A DNA stretch of 64,000 bases, taken from positions 3,474,001 to 3,538,000 of the forward strand of contig CM075993.1 of the NCBI GenBank assembly GCA_038087875.1. Reading direction: 5' to 3'. This document shows positions 1 to 12,820 of this stretch, one piece after another (position 1 is the stretch's first letter; the number at the start of each line of letters is the position of its first letter). A program made the position numbers and the translations under genes. The stretch comes from Malacoraja senta (lineage: Eukaryota). The notes under the pieces are model-generated. The model saw nothing but the letters and a program-made list of their open reading frames with translations. It had not been told where the DNA came from and did no database searches.

Positions 1-667
1 TAAAGTCACCCATTCCTTCTCTCCAGAGATGCTGCTTGTCCCGCTGAGTTACTTCAGCATTTTGTGTCTATCTTTGGTCAATAAATATGTATATAATGTT
101 TCTCTACCCCTTTTTATGGACGATTAAGAAGGGTACGGTAGGTGAATAAGGAAGTTAAATGCTCTCTCAAGCAACTAGTGGGTAAAGATACCCAAATTTT
201 GACACTTGGGATTGCATCTCTTGCACACTTGTTTTTGGAAGATAATAATCAACTATTCCGTTTGGAATATTTAAGATGTTTTGGCTGCGTACCTGTCAAA
301 GAGGAATTTGACTAAAGAAGTCCATTTCCTTTGTTACTGTCTTGGTATAATGTGTGGATCTGGATGCGTGTGATAATTGTCATGCACTGCATAAACTGCA
401 CTCGGGTATTCTGCAGAATGCAACCTGTAATTTATTTTGCAAAATGTATATGACCTACATTTTTTCTCATGCAAACTATTAAGTCAGTTATTTGAAAATT
501 CTTTCACACAACCTTATCAGGCTATCAATGACTGTTGATAGCTACCAGCATTCATGTATGTAGAATTTGCTGCATACCTTGCAATACAGTTTAATGACGA
601 TATTTGTTTCAATGAATCTTTTAAAAACAATTAGTTTGGTGAAATAGTTGCATGTTCAATTTCCTTG

Positions 668-1380
668 GGTTAATGGTCGTGGACCATCCATATTGACATG
701 ACTGCTGCGAAGGTGCACCAAGTTCTCCACTTCCTTAGGAGATTGAGGAAATTTAGCTTGTCTCCAATGGCACACATAAACTTCCACAGATGCACGATGG
801 AAAGCTTATCTTTAAGTTGTATCACAGCTTGGTGTGGGAACAGTTTGGCCCAAGAATGCAAGAAATTGTGGAGTTGTGGATGGAGCTCAGTCCATCTCAC
901 AGACTAGACTTCCCACCATTGAGTCCATCTACACTTCAAGCTGCCTCAGAAAAGCAGCCAAATAATCAGACTTATTTCACCCTGGGGTCATTCCTTCTCC
1001 CTGCTCCCGTCTGGCTGAAGGTACAGAAGCTTGAACGCACACACCATCAGATTCAAATAACTTATTTCCCTCTTCATCAGGCTTCTGAAGTGTCCTTCCA
1101 TAAGCTTGGGTACTGTCCCGATTCACCCTACCTTATTGCGGACTTTGAACTTTGCTTATGGAACTGATGCACTAAAATGCTGAGAACTATATTCTGCACT
1201 CTATATCTCCCCCTTTTGATCCACATTGTACTTTACTTTCACTGATTTGAGTGATTGTATCTGTGTATAGTGGATTATATTTGTGTATAGTATTATCTGA
1301 TCTAGATTTGATAGCATACAAACCAAAGCTCTTCACTGTACCTCGGTACAAATTAGTATAATAAACCCAAAATAAAAACC
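668..1380 (+). mobile_element. Rex1/Babar-type LINE, degraded 3' fragment
   Basis: Translation ..LHFLRRLRKFSLS..FHRCTMESLSLSCITAWCGN resembles the Rex1-clade post-RT motif; followed by a 3' UTR with ttcactgtacctcggtaca and AATAAA. Confidence 0.75.
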
Positions 1381-1677
1381 TGCAATTGGAAATAGTAGTT
1401 TTTGCTTGTTGAAACATACTTGGGACTTTAGAGCTAGATGAATTTTAATATTTCTCCAATTTTCAGCTGTCAAATTTTGTAATTACTTGCGCAACTTTTG
1501 TTGATGTTTCCTGAAACATTCAAAGTTTAACTTATAAGGGGAAAACCATTGCTCTCAATTTGGTATTGATATTGTATTAGTTAGCAAATGCTTGTCTGAA
1601 GAAATGTTATAATTTCCAGCTCAGCTATCGGAAGGATGTCATCGAGTTGGAAAGGGTACATAAGAGATTCAAGAATG

Positions 1678-1840
1678 GGCGGCATGGTGGAGCAATGGTA
1701 GAGCTGCTGCCTTACAGCGCCAGAGACCCGTGTTCGATCCGGACTACGGGTGCTTGTCTGTATGAAGTTTTTACGTTCTCCCCGTGACTTGTGTGGGTTT
1801 TCTCCCACACTCGAAAGACGTACTGGTTTGTAGGTTTGTA
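1678..1840 (+). mobile_element. tRNA-derived V-SINE (HE1-like), truncated
   Basis: A-box/B-box head (ggtggagcaatggtag..gttcgatcc) plus V-domain acgttctccccgtgac..gtgggttttctcc. Confidence 0.8.
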
Positions 1841-2370
1841 GCTTATGGGGTTACTTGTTGAGATACAAAATCATGAAGGGCATGAACAAAGTGAACCCTC
1901 ATAGTCTTTTTCCCAGGGGGATGCCAACCAAACCGTCACCCATCCATGTTCTCAAGAGATGCTACCTGACCTGCTGAGTTACTCCAGCACTTTCTCTTTT
2001 TTTGTAAACCAGCATCTGTAACGCTTTGCCAATTTTGCTTAGTTATTGGGCTTTGAGAATTGAGATGCAGGATCCCGTCTTTATAGCTGTACGGTTTGAT
2101 GGTATTGTTTTTTTTTAAAGTTTCTCTGACTCATTGGTAATCTGAGCACTGAAAATCATCCTATTCAAATTCTGCTTGTCTTTCATTCCATCTGAAAGCT
2201 AAAGTAACTACTGTAATTTCAATTATTAACTTGGAGCACTGTTGTGTGAGAATTTGGCAATTTTTAACGGTGTTGGTTTATTATTCCATGTAGTTGCCAT
2301 TATTATACAAAGGATGGTTTACAAATGAGAAAATGGAGGTCATACAATATTTGTGAAGTTCCATGATCAA

Positions 2371-2543
2371 TAATGGTCCATCTCCTCTTTAAAAATACCC
2401 AATGACTTGACCTCCACCGCCGTCTGTGGCAATGAATTCCACAGATTCTCCACCCTCTGGCTAAAGAAATTCCTCCTCGTCTCATTCTAAAGATACATTC
2501 TTTTATTCTGAGACTGTGCCCTCTGGTCCTAGATTCTCCCATG
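2371..2543 (-). mobile_element. CR1 LINE 3' fragment
   Basis: Minus strand reads GESRTRGHSLRIK..agggtggagaatctgtggaattcattgcc, the typical CR1 ORF2 C-terminus. Confidence 0.8.
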
Positions 2544-3274
2544 ATTAAACCAAGTTTTAATCCATGGTCTTAATAAAAAAAATGTCTCTTCAACATATTC
2601 AATCTATAAACTGAATTTGATTTGACCTCTAAGTTGGTGAAGGCTTTTACAGAAATGGCTGTTTTTGTATAATTCTTGATTTGGGGAGTTTCTCAAAGCA
2701 ATTGTGATTTTGTAAGTAAAAATAAATATGACTATCATGCATGTGCTTATATGTTGAAAATAATGGATGGTTATTGGGGAATTTTAAAAAAGTGGTCTGA
2801 GCCTTGACCACATCCCACAAGTAGTTACTGCAAACACTAGCAACTGGGAACTTACTTTGACAGCTGTACTGCGGATAGGAAAGAACGGGTTAATATAACG
2901 GTCCCCTACAGTATCAGTTAATCCAAAACAGCATTTCCTACTGATCAATACGAAATACAAAGACTAGAGCTCTGACAGAACCAATTCAGCATTACCTACA
3001 AACCTGTACGCCTGTGGACTATGAGAGGAAACCGGATCACCCCGTTACCTTCCACTTAATAGAGGTTACCTTCCGTGTACCAGAGTTTACGATAGCTGCT
3101 CTATGCTGAAGAGCAACTTGCTGTGGTGGGGGGGATTCAGAAATCATGAGACCTACACAGTGTCAGAGTAAGACAAGGAAATAGGCTTTGCAAAGTCAAA
3201 ACAAGGAGCTAGGAGGCATCAAACTAAGCAGAACATCAGGAGATAACATTTGGATGGAAATAACACCTATTCAT

Positions 3275-3558
3275 GTTTTAGAGATACATTGTGGAAACAG
3301 GCCCTTTGGCCCACAGAGTCCGTGCAGACCAGCGTTCACCCATACACTAATTCTTTCCTACACACTAGGGATAATTTACAGAAGCCAATTAACCTAACCT
3401 AACCTACACATCTTCGGAATGTGGGAGGAAACCGGAATACTGGAGAAAACCAATGTGGTCACAGGAAAAACGTATAAATTCCAGTACCCATAGGCAGGAT
3501 CGAAGCCAGGTCACTGGCGCTGTAAGGCAGCAACTCCACTGCTGCACCACTGTGCCGC
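3275..3558 (-). mobile_element. V-SINE (HE1-like)
   Basis: Reverse complement of the SINE head (gcgctgtaaggcagcaactccactgctgcaccactgtgccgc) and of the CR1-like tail (ggaaacaggccc). Confidence 0.8.
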
Positions 3559-4405
3559 TCACTATGTTCTCTGGGATGCTGTCTGACCTGCTGAGTTACT
3601 CCAACACTGTCTCGATTTAAAATCAAAATCATTGCCCTATGCTGAGAACTAGGAAAATGGCAAAAGTCTTTGAAGACAAGCTGAGGCTGAAACAGATTAT
3701 TCATGTAGGGCGATACTGCTGCTGGGAACTAAGCGTTGAGACTCCTGCTGGTGTGCCATTACTGGAAAACCCATGGGTACAATAAATGCTTTTCAGAAGA
3801 AGGGCCTCGACCCAAAACGTCACCCATTCCTTCTCTCCAGAAATGCTGCCTGTCCCCGCATTTTGTGTCTATCTTTGGTTTAAACCAGTTCCTTCATACA
3901 CCCTCGATCTTAAGATGATTTGAAGAAATTTTGGAAGGGTTGCAATATCTGCGAAAACAGCAGGAACATTGTGGAATTCTGGAGAGAGGCCAAGTCCATT
4001 GAATGCAAGTGGAGTTTAGGAATAGTGTGATATTGGTTCATATGTGGTATCTAGGTTTTTGAGGAAGTGGTTGGGGAAGTATGCTTGTGAAAGGTGTTGA
4101 GCTTGAGGCGGAAGTCAATGATTCATAGGACTGCAACACCATGAAGGTGGACCTCAACACCACCCAGGTTCAGGTAGGTCAGTGGGATCAGGCAGCCAAG
4201 ATGGTCTGTCTTGTTAATAAGCCACATGCAATGGCAGTGATGAAAAGGTGCTCTTTAGAAGAAGGGTCCCGACCCAAAACATTGCCCTTCTATGTTCTCC
4301 AGAGATGCTGCCTGACCTGCTAAATTACTCCAGCATTTTGTCTCGCTTTGTAAAACAGCTTGATCTTTAGAAATTCTTCGACATCTTCGTAAATGAAGCG
4401 GCATT

Positions 4406-4683
4406 TGGGTGGCACGGTGGCGCAGTGATAGTTGCTGCCTTACAGCACCAAATACCTGGGTTCGATCCTGACTATGGGTGCTTGTCGGTAAAGAATTTGT
4501 ACGTTCTTTCTGTGACCACGTGCGTTTTGTCCGGGTGCTGCTGTTTTTACCACACTCCAAAGACATGCAGGTTTGTAAGTTAATTGACTGGGCATAATTA
4601 ATCCTAGTGTGTGCAGGATCGCTGGCTGTTGTAGACTCAGTACGCTGAATGGCCTGTTTCCATGCAGTAAAAATTTAACTAAA
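4406..4683 (+). mobile_element. V-SINE (HE1-like)
   Basis: ggcacggtggcgcag..gggttcgatcctgac head, V-domain and ggcctgtttcc tail. Confidence 0.8.
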
Positions 4684-4820
4684 AGACTGACCCGCTACTA
4701 ACACCTTCAATGTCTATTATACTGACGCCATTCTCTATCGCATCTTCACAGTCAAGTAGGCACCATCCTCCCACTGCTTCTTCTTCCCGCCCCCTCTCTC
4801 CCCCCCCCCAATCCCCACAT

Positions 4821-4920
4821 CAGTCTGAAGAAGGGTCTCGACCCGAAACGTCACCTATTCCTTCGCTCCATAGATGCTGCCTCACCCACTGAGTTTCTCC
4901 AGCATTTTTGTCATCCTACC
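4821..4920 (+). mobile_element. Penelope-like terminal repeat with intact minimal hammerhead core (4825-4852)
   Basis: CTGAAGA-A-GGGTC-TC-GACCC-GAAAC-GTC followed by the family body acctattccttcgctccatagatgctgcc. Confidence 0.65.
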
Positions 4921-5568
4921 ATTGCCATCACTCCATCATATAACCAAGCCAACATTAAGATTTAAGGCATGTGAGATTAATGTTAAATTCTCATCACCCA
5001 AGAGTTTTTATTTAAATCATGCATTTTTCATTGTATTGCAGAATAGTCCATTCATGCAGTACATGAGGTATTAGTACGTGCCGAAGGGCATTCTGAAATC
5101 AGGCATTGTTGCCAAAGCAGTAAGTTGCCTGGTGATGGTGAATGGAACATTTCAACCAGCAATGATCTGAAAGATAAACTTAGAACAAAATGCATTTGCC
5201 TCGAGGTTGTGCTTCCCATTAAAACTTCTGTTTAGTGGTAATGTGTAATAATGAAATTTTTGATGTTATTTGCTTTGTGCATTTGAAAATTTAAGCAAAG
5301 GAAGTTGAAAGCCACCAAGCTAATTGTATTCTGCCTATCATCCTGCTGACATTGTGTGCATAATCAACTACCATTTAAAAGCCACCATTTCAAAGTGTCC
5401 ATCATTTTAATTGTGCTTATCTTTGAAAGACACAAAAAGCTGGAGTAACTCGGGAGAGGCAGCATATCTGGAGAGAATGAATGGGTGATGTTTCGGGTCG
5501 AGACCCTTCTTCGGATCTTTGAGTTATCTTCAAAAAAGTGTGTGGTGTTTTGAATTACTGCAACTGTT

Positions 5569-5943
5569 TGACTTACAAAATTCTTAAGGGGTTGGACAGG
5601 CTAGATGCAGGAAGATTGTTCCCGATGTTGGGGAAGTCCAGGACAAGGGGTCACAGTTTAAGGATAAGGGGGAAATCTTTTAGGACCGAGATGAGAAAAA
5701 CATTTTTCACACAGAGAGTGGTGAATCTCTGGAATTCTCTGCCACAGAAGGTAGTTGAGGCCAGTTCATTGGCTATATTTAAGAGGGAGTTAGATGTGGC
5801 CCTTGTGGCTAAAGGGATCAGGGGGTATGGAGAGAAGGCAGGTACAAGATACTGAGTTGGATGAGCAGCCATGATCATATTGAATGGCGGTGCAGGCTCG
5901 AAGGGCCGAATGGCCTACTCCTGCACCTATTTTCTATGTTTCT
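5569..5943 (+). mobile_element. CR1 LINE 3' end, young copy with TSD AACTGTT
   Basis: YKILKGLDRLDAGRLFP..RTRGHSLRI..FFTQRVVNLWNSLP; 3' UTR ending ttctatgtttct; AACTGTT at 5562-5568 and 5944-5950. Confidence 0.9.
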
Positions 5944-6637
5944 AACTGTTAACTTGCTAAGATAATCTACTTTTGACTTTCTTCGCAAGTTAACATTTGC
6001 AGTAAATCAAAACATCACACAATTTTTTTGAAGATAACTCAGATAAGCACAACCAAAATGATGAACACTGAAATGGTGGCTTTTAAATGGTAGGTGATAA
6101 ATGGTAAGAAAGTCTACTCTTTGACTTTCTTAATCAAAATACAGAAAATCAAAATACAAAATGTTTTAAAATTCATTTTTTTTAAATCAGCCGGCAAATT
6201 GATTTTGAAGTCCTGATAATGGTGTCACAAATTGGATGCAGAATCTCTGGAGAAAAATATCTTAGTACTATAGGATCTGAAGGGAAATAAATCCTTCTAC
6301 ATGTTCAAGATCAAGCTGGGGTTTCATGAGTCAAACAAACTTCGAGGGTGACAGAGCGTGGAAAGAAGGGAACGATGACCTGACAGGATTTTGATGGCAT
6401 GCTTGAAAATGAGCCCAGAATTGGAACCATGAGTTTAAAGAATGAATCAAGTTCACTGCTTCGTTCAGTAGTTCAACTATGGAACTCTCTGCCACTAATC
6501 AGTGAGGCAAATAGTTGGGATTGCAGAGTAAGGCAGGGTTAAGTACACAAGGAAGTACAAGAGATCACTTAGCGGAGTTGAAGAGTGGCAAGAACTGAAC
6601 GCAAAATGGGCTGAACAGAATGTCTGGATTCAGTATG

Positions 6638-6952
6638 GGGTGACATGGTGGCACAACGGTAGAGCTGCTGCCTTATAGCACTTACGGCGCCAGAGACCCG
6701 GGTTCGATCCCGACTGCGGGTGCTGCCTGTATGGAGTTTGTACGTTCTCCCTGTGACCGAGTAGGTTTTCTCCGAGTTTTTCTGTTTCCTCCCACACTCC
6801 AAAGACGTACAGGATTGTAGGTTAATTGGCTTGGTATAAATGTAAATTGTCCCTTGTGTGTGTCGGATAGTGTTAGTGTGTGGGGATCGCTGGCGTGGAC
6901 TCGGTGGGCCTACGGGCCTGTTTTTATGCTGTATCTCTAAACTAAACTAAAG
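6638..6952 (+). mobile_element. V-SINE (HE1-like), near full length
   Basis: tRNA head, V-domain, tail ctgtatctctaaactaaactaa. Confidence 0.85.
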
Positions 6953-7251
6953 TACAGTGAAATTCTAATCCAGCATGCTCATCTTTACTGGTGTGGGGCC
7001 AGCATGTTTTGTGGGCCTTTGGATGTCGGTTCCATTAAAACACCAACACTTTTAGATATTAAACCGTGTTATAATATTATAACCAGACGTTTATTGGCGA
7101 ATGGGAGCCAGGGCCCTGGGGCACATTTAACATTACCAGGTGAGTTTGGGCCAAATCATTGGATTGTACATTATTGGTGTTTTGCTTCAGAATGTTTTCC
7201 CCAACTGTGAAGCCTCAAACGAAAGAAGGTGTTTTAAAAAGTACCCCAAGA

Positions 7252-7529
7252 CGGGATGGTCAAGATTATAAATAATGATCTCCTTAATTTACTCTTTTTC
7301 TTTCTATCGTCTTTTCTTCACTTTTCTTCTTTCACTCTTTTTTTCTTTTTCTCACGCTATATATCTCACGTTTTTCTATCTTATTATCTATTCTCTTTTT
7401 CTTTTTCTTCTTCATTATAATTAAAAAAAATAAGACGCTGTTCATAAAATGTATTATGTCAATATATATTAGCCACTTTGGTGCCATATGATTGTACTTC
7501 TAATAAAATAAAAATTTTAATTAAAAAAA
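7252..7529 (+). mobile_element. Poly(A)-tailed retroposed fragment, L1-type insertion
   Basis: T-rich 3' UTR-like body, AATAAA, A-tail, 16-bp TSD AAAAAGTACCCCAAGA (7236-7251, 7530-7545) at a TT/AAAA site. Confidence 0.7.
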
Positions 7530-9314
7530 AAAAAGTACCCCAAGATGCTTAATTCAGAAGATAGACACAAAGCTGGAGTAACTCAGCGGGACAGGCAGCA
7601 TCTCTGGAGAGAAGGAATGGATGACGTTTCGGGTCGAGACCTTTCAGGCTGAAACGTCACCCATTCCTGGACATGGATGGGAAAGGTTTGGAGGGATGTG
7701 GGCCAGACCTGGTAAGTGGAATGAGTTTGGTTAGGCAACTTCGAGGGCATGAATGCTTTTGGCTGAAGGGCTTGTTTCCTTGTTGTATGACTGTAGAATT
7801 TAAGCAACTCGGTACTACTTTCCTGTACTCATCCGATATCTCCTGATTTCCTTATTGCTCAAATCTATTGATCAGTGAGTGCCTCAAATATATTTTGAGT
7901 TGCCATAGTGCACTCGATTTAGATAAATTCAGTGTTCCCTGCCCTTAAGGTGAATACATTATGTGGCAGAATGGCTGATTTTGTACTTTGCGTCTGAACA
8001 TCTCTACTCCTATATTATTGTGTTTCAACAATTTTTACTTTTGTGTTGTGCATGAGCAAAACATCCACTGGAAAGTGAAAGGGGACCAAATGATGGTTTA
8101 AATTTAGATTGCTGAAGTCAGCTGTATTCACGTTTTGACTTCTTGTTTGAACGTGACTATTTGTAGGTTTGTTTTTAACTCCTGTTTTTTTTATCCTTGC
8201 TCTTTCTCTGCAGCCTCAGATAGAACTTCATTTCTGTGCTCCTCCAAGTCCTTTGGCATATGGCTGATTTTATTCACTTTCCTGTGTGTGCTTTGAGAGT
8301 CTAAGCACTGGAATTTCCTCACCAAACCCCTCTTCTTCATTTTAAGGTAATTTATACCATCCTTTTCTCCAGACCTTTGATCAGTTGTTCAAATGTCTTA
8401 TGTGTGGCTTAGTGTTGCATTTTGTTTGCTTGGACTGAAACTTTTACTAAGTTAAAGCTACCTAATATAACTAATCTTTTGAAACAACATTTTTTTGGGG
8501 GGAAAAAGCCATACCCATTGGAAATTTTTTAAATGATAATCTTCCTTCAACACTGGTTATATGGAGAATAACAAATCATTGAAACTGGACTTGCCAACAA
8601 TGGGCATTAAGTTCTTAATGTATTTGCTCCATTAATACATTAACACTGAATGTCAACGAGCCACTAATATTCCTTTAAGACTTGAATAAAATGTTGGCCC
8701 TTTGGACTGTTACATTGCAATCTCAAAAGTTACATAGAAAGTTTGGATCAAAAGTTTTGAGAATGTAGGTAGGAAACTGCATTGACAAAATTATCCGGTT
8801 CTGATTTTTGGATTTTCCCCCACTTAGTTGTGGCACTTATTGAATGATTTTCCTAGACTTGGAAAGCCTAGAAAACAGATTTGGGAGCTGGTTGTTCTGG
8901 CTACACAATCATCACTTCAGGCCTGCATGTGACCCATGAGATTCTGTTTTAGATATGTTGAAATTGGGGAGGGGTCCTGATTCCTCTTCCCGTTTTGACT
9001 TGTTCAAATAAGTTATACCTCATTCTTAACAGTTTCTATTAAAACTGACGGTGTAGGAAGGAACTGCAGATGCTGGTTTAAATGCTGGAGTAACTCAGCG
9101 GGGTAGGCAGCATCTCACGAGAGAAGGAATGGGAGACGTTTTGGTTCGAGACGTCACCCATTCCTTCTCTCCAGAGACGCTACCTGTCCCGCTGAGTTAC
9201 TCCAGCATTTTGTGCCTACCTTCTATAAAAACTGACAATACATTCAACTTAAAAAAAAAAAAAAGATTCTCATCTGTATAGAAATTAAGTAAGTGCATAA
9301 TAGAGGGGTGATGT

Positions 9315-9517
9315 GTAAGAAAGAACTGCAGATGCTGGATAAATCGAAGGTAGACAAAAATGCTGGTGAGGCAGCATCTATGGAGCGAAGGAATAGGTGA
9401 CGTTTCGTGTCGAGACCTTTCTTCAGTCTGAAGAAGGGTCTCGACCCGAAACGTCACCTATTCCTTCGCTCCATAGTTGTCAAGTCAAGAGAGTCAATTG
9501 AGATGCTGCCTCACCTT
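9315..9517. mobile_element. Inverted Penelope-like repeat pair with 17-bp TSD; + strand hammerhead core at 9428-9455
   Basis: TAATAGAGGGGTGATGT at 9298-9314 and 9518-9534; the two arms are reverse complements around cttcagtctgaag. Confidence 0.7.
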
Positions 9518-11772
9518 TAATAGAGGGGTGATGTCAGCCAGGGCTAAGGTGAGGGGGGAGGAACGAAGAGGTGGGGGGGGGGGGGTGTTTAGTAGACATT
9601 ACCTAAAGCTGGAGAATTCAGTAGTTAGACTGTAGTGTTGTCAGTTTGTAGTAGGGTCCCTGGTGATGGATGCTCTTTCTTTTTGTGTTTAAGGTTGCGT
9701 AGTTTCAGTGATTTGGTTTGGATGAGAATCCATTTCCGTGCATTTCTGGCAAGTCCTCTTGACAAAATATATCTGTTAGATTAACTGGTAATTTTAATGT
9801 GAAGGACATTTTTAACCAAGTGTGCAAATAAACCTGAGTTCATCAAGCAGCTCTTGTAGGACTTCTCAAACAAGATGTATTCATTGTGGGCTTTCCTCCC
9901 GCCTCACAAAAGCAAAGTATTTGCAACCTAATAAACCAGTTGCCATGTTAGAAAAATTACTGAACTAGGATTTTTACAACTAGTTGCTATGCTTGACAGA
10001 AACCATTAGTAATTAAGGTAACATGATTGGAGATTTGGTCTTCAAATCTGAATTGAATATTTAGCTGATCAACCATTTTGTCCTGTTCAGAGGCTTTCGC
10101 CCAATTAACCTAATGGGTCACCCGTGTAGCAAACTATTTCGTTCTTGTGGACAATGGGAGTCTATTTTAATTTATCTAAGAAGGATTTTTTCCTGCATAT
10201 CCTTCAAGGGTTAAGGTGTAGTCTGAAGAAAGGTCTTGACCTGAAACTTCACCCATTCCTTCTCTCCATAGATGCTGCTTGACCCGCTGAGTTACTCCAG
10301 CATTTTGTGTCGATCTTCGGTTAAAGATTAAATTGCTTTCTCACCTAATTTTTAGACTATTCCAATGCAAATAAAACAGCATAAATAGAGGATCCTTAAT
10401 AATGAAATACAGTAAGATTTATTTTTGAGTTATGCTATCGCATTATTTTGTCCTTTGTTTAGTGTTTGCTTCATGTCAGGCCAATAAGGAAATGGGACTT
10501 GACTTTTAAGGCGCTGATTAAATATCGTCATTGCAAAAACTTGTCTGAGCAACTTCCCTTTGGTTCAAAATGAGAACCAAATCCTACAAATCACCATTTC
10601 TGCGACAGAACAGTAGTAGTCTGGAGTAAAGTGTAGCTCTTTATCGTAACCAAAGGTTAATGTGATCAGTGCAGGAACCATCTTTCAGTTTATAATTTAG
10701 CTGATGAATTTTCATTTTGGAATTGAAAGCAATTTCTAAATTGGCGCACAATTTCAAACTAGGGGAAGGGATGGTGCAAAGGGCGTGTCTGACATGAAGG
10801 GTGCAACAATTTGCTTGTGGTAAAATTGCATCGAAGAAAAATTGCGTTGCATGGGAAATGAGTGAACGAGGCAGCACAAAAAGCACAAGCCCTTAACAAA
10901 GCGCACCACACTATAATTAATTTCTACATAACTTTATTTTCGTGCTGACTGAAGTTCATTTGTTGGATGCAACATAACAGCTATTAGAAATACACGGTTT
11001 AGCTAACTTTTTGAGCTCTAGCCCTTACTGAAAATATTATTTGTGGGGCCAATCATAGAAGGGTCTCGACCCAAAACGTCACCTGTTCCTTTTCTCCGGA
11101 TGTGTGAATGATGAACCTGTATTCCATTGCCCATGTTGGTGAGTAGCTCTGTGAGCTGATGAGTCACGAATACTTCAGTAGCTAGGTCGTTCAAGTGGCG
11201 TGCTCTCAAAAAGAGTAGTACTGAAAAGTACATTTGCATGTAGCATTCTGACCATATACTTGCTGCTTGGCTCCAACCTATCCTTCCGGTTCCCAAATTT
11301 GGGGAAGTATTAAAGATCTTGTGATAGCTGTACACTTTGGGTTCATCTGCAGAAACAAGTTACCCATAATGTTAAGCACTTTTTTGAGCTTGATTCCTGT
11401 ATTTAAATATGTTATGTTGACACAATTGATGCTGCCTGACCCACAGAGTAACTCCCGCACTTTGTGTCCTTAACACAATTGGAGTTGTGCTGGTGCTGAG
11501 GCCCCCGATATTAATTATCTATATCAGGGATGCTTTCACGTTTTGCTGTTTGTAGCACGTACTGCCACCCAGCTTTCAGTGATATTGGGGGTGGTGGGGG
11601 TAGGGTTAGATGTCGGGGGGCTTCAGGTGGAATTTAGACTGACTACATGAATGGTTGAAGGCATGGTATAAAGAGGAAATGAGGCAGTTATTCACTTTGA
11701 TAGAAAAAAGGAAATGGATTTTTTTTAAGTGAGTGGTTGAAATGTATTGGATTTAAGCCTGAGGGTTCCTAA

Positions 11773-12428
11773 GAAACTGGATGCTGCCCTCAACAGCGCC
11801 CTGCGGACTGTCTCCGGATGCCTACGAGCCACCCCAGTAAACCAACTGCCCGTCCTCGCTGGTATCGCCCCAGCGAACATCAGACGAGAAGCAGCCACGC
11901 TGGCCCTCTCTCGAAAGGCACAGACCAGTGAATCCCACCTCCTCCATCAGATCGTCACAGAGACACCACGACGAGTGCGTCTCAAGTCACGGCACCCCTT
12001 TGCCACGCAAGCCCAAGAGCTGCTCAGCGCAACACCGGCTGACGCTTCTAAGGCCGCCTGGGTCAAGACGAGATGGAGAGACCAGTGGAAGTCAGCGGAA
12101 CCATCTGGGCTACACCAGTACATCAATGACCCCATGGACGTCCCTGGCCAGGACCTGCCCCGAAAGCAGTGAACAACTCTCAACTGCTTGAGGTTAGGCA
12201 TCGGATGCTATGGAGTAGCGATGAGGAGGTGGGGCCTCGTGGACAGCGAGTGCCTCATGCGAGTGTGGGGACCCAACACAGACAGTGGAGCATATAGTCA
12301 CCAGTTGCCCTAAACACCGGCCACCGAATGGTGAATGAGGTCTGATTGACCTGGACGATGACACGTTGGCCTGGCTCGCCTCAACGGAGCTGCAGGTCTA
12401 AAAGACATACGACAGAGAAGAAGAAGAA
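11773..12428 (+). mobile_element. Ingi/Vingi-like (I-group) LINE, 5'-truncated, with (GAA)n tail
   Basis: ORF LNSALRTVSGCLRATP..LAGIAPANIRR; C-terminal CECGDPTQTVEHIVTSC zinc-knuckle-like motif near 12258-12308; tail catacgacagagaagaagaag; TSD GTTCCTAA (11765-11772, 12429-12436). Confidence 0.7.
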
Positions 12429-12820
12429 GTTCCTAAACACTTAACTTGGGTGCATTGAGCAATATTACTACAAGATTGTTTATTGTCCTTTTATTGCCAC
12501 AGGATTTGAGCACAAGAGTAAATTCTTAGGTAGACAAAAATGCTGGAGGAACTCAGCGGGTGAGGTAGCATCAATGGAGAGAAGGAATAGGCGACGTTTC
12601 GGGTCGAGACCCTTCAGTCTGAAGAAGTCTGAAGGTTCAGGCAGTCAAGCGCAGGGCAGTTGCCATACCAGGCTGAGATGCATCCTGAATGATTACTTTC
12701 TATAGCATATCTGCAGAGATTTGAGAGAATCCTTGTGGACGTACAGAACATTCACGGGGTGCCTCAGAAAATATGCTAGTGTGTTTACTAGATCACCATG
12801 TCTGTATGAAGGGAAGAAAG

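Noticed and set aside
1678..1750. tRNA genes
   Set aside because: A/B boxes run straight into the V-domain and LINE-like tail; these are SINE heads without a complete cloverleaf.
9197..9457. Recurrent peptides such as MTFRVETLLQ and SEEGSRPETSPIPS as a gene family
   Set aside because: They are translations of the hammerhead-bearing repeat, in varying frames and with frequent stops.
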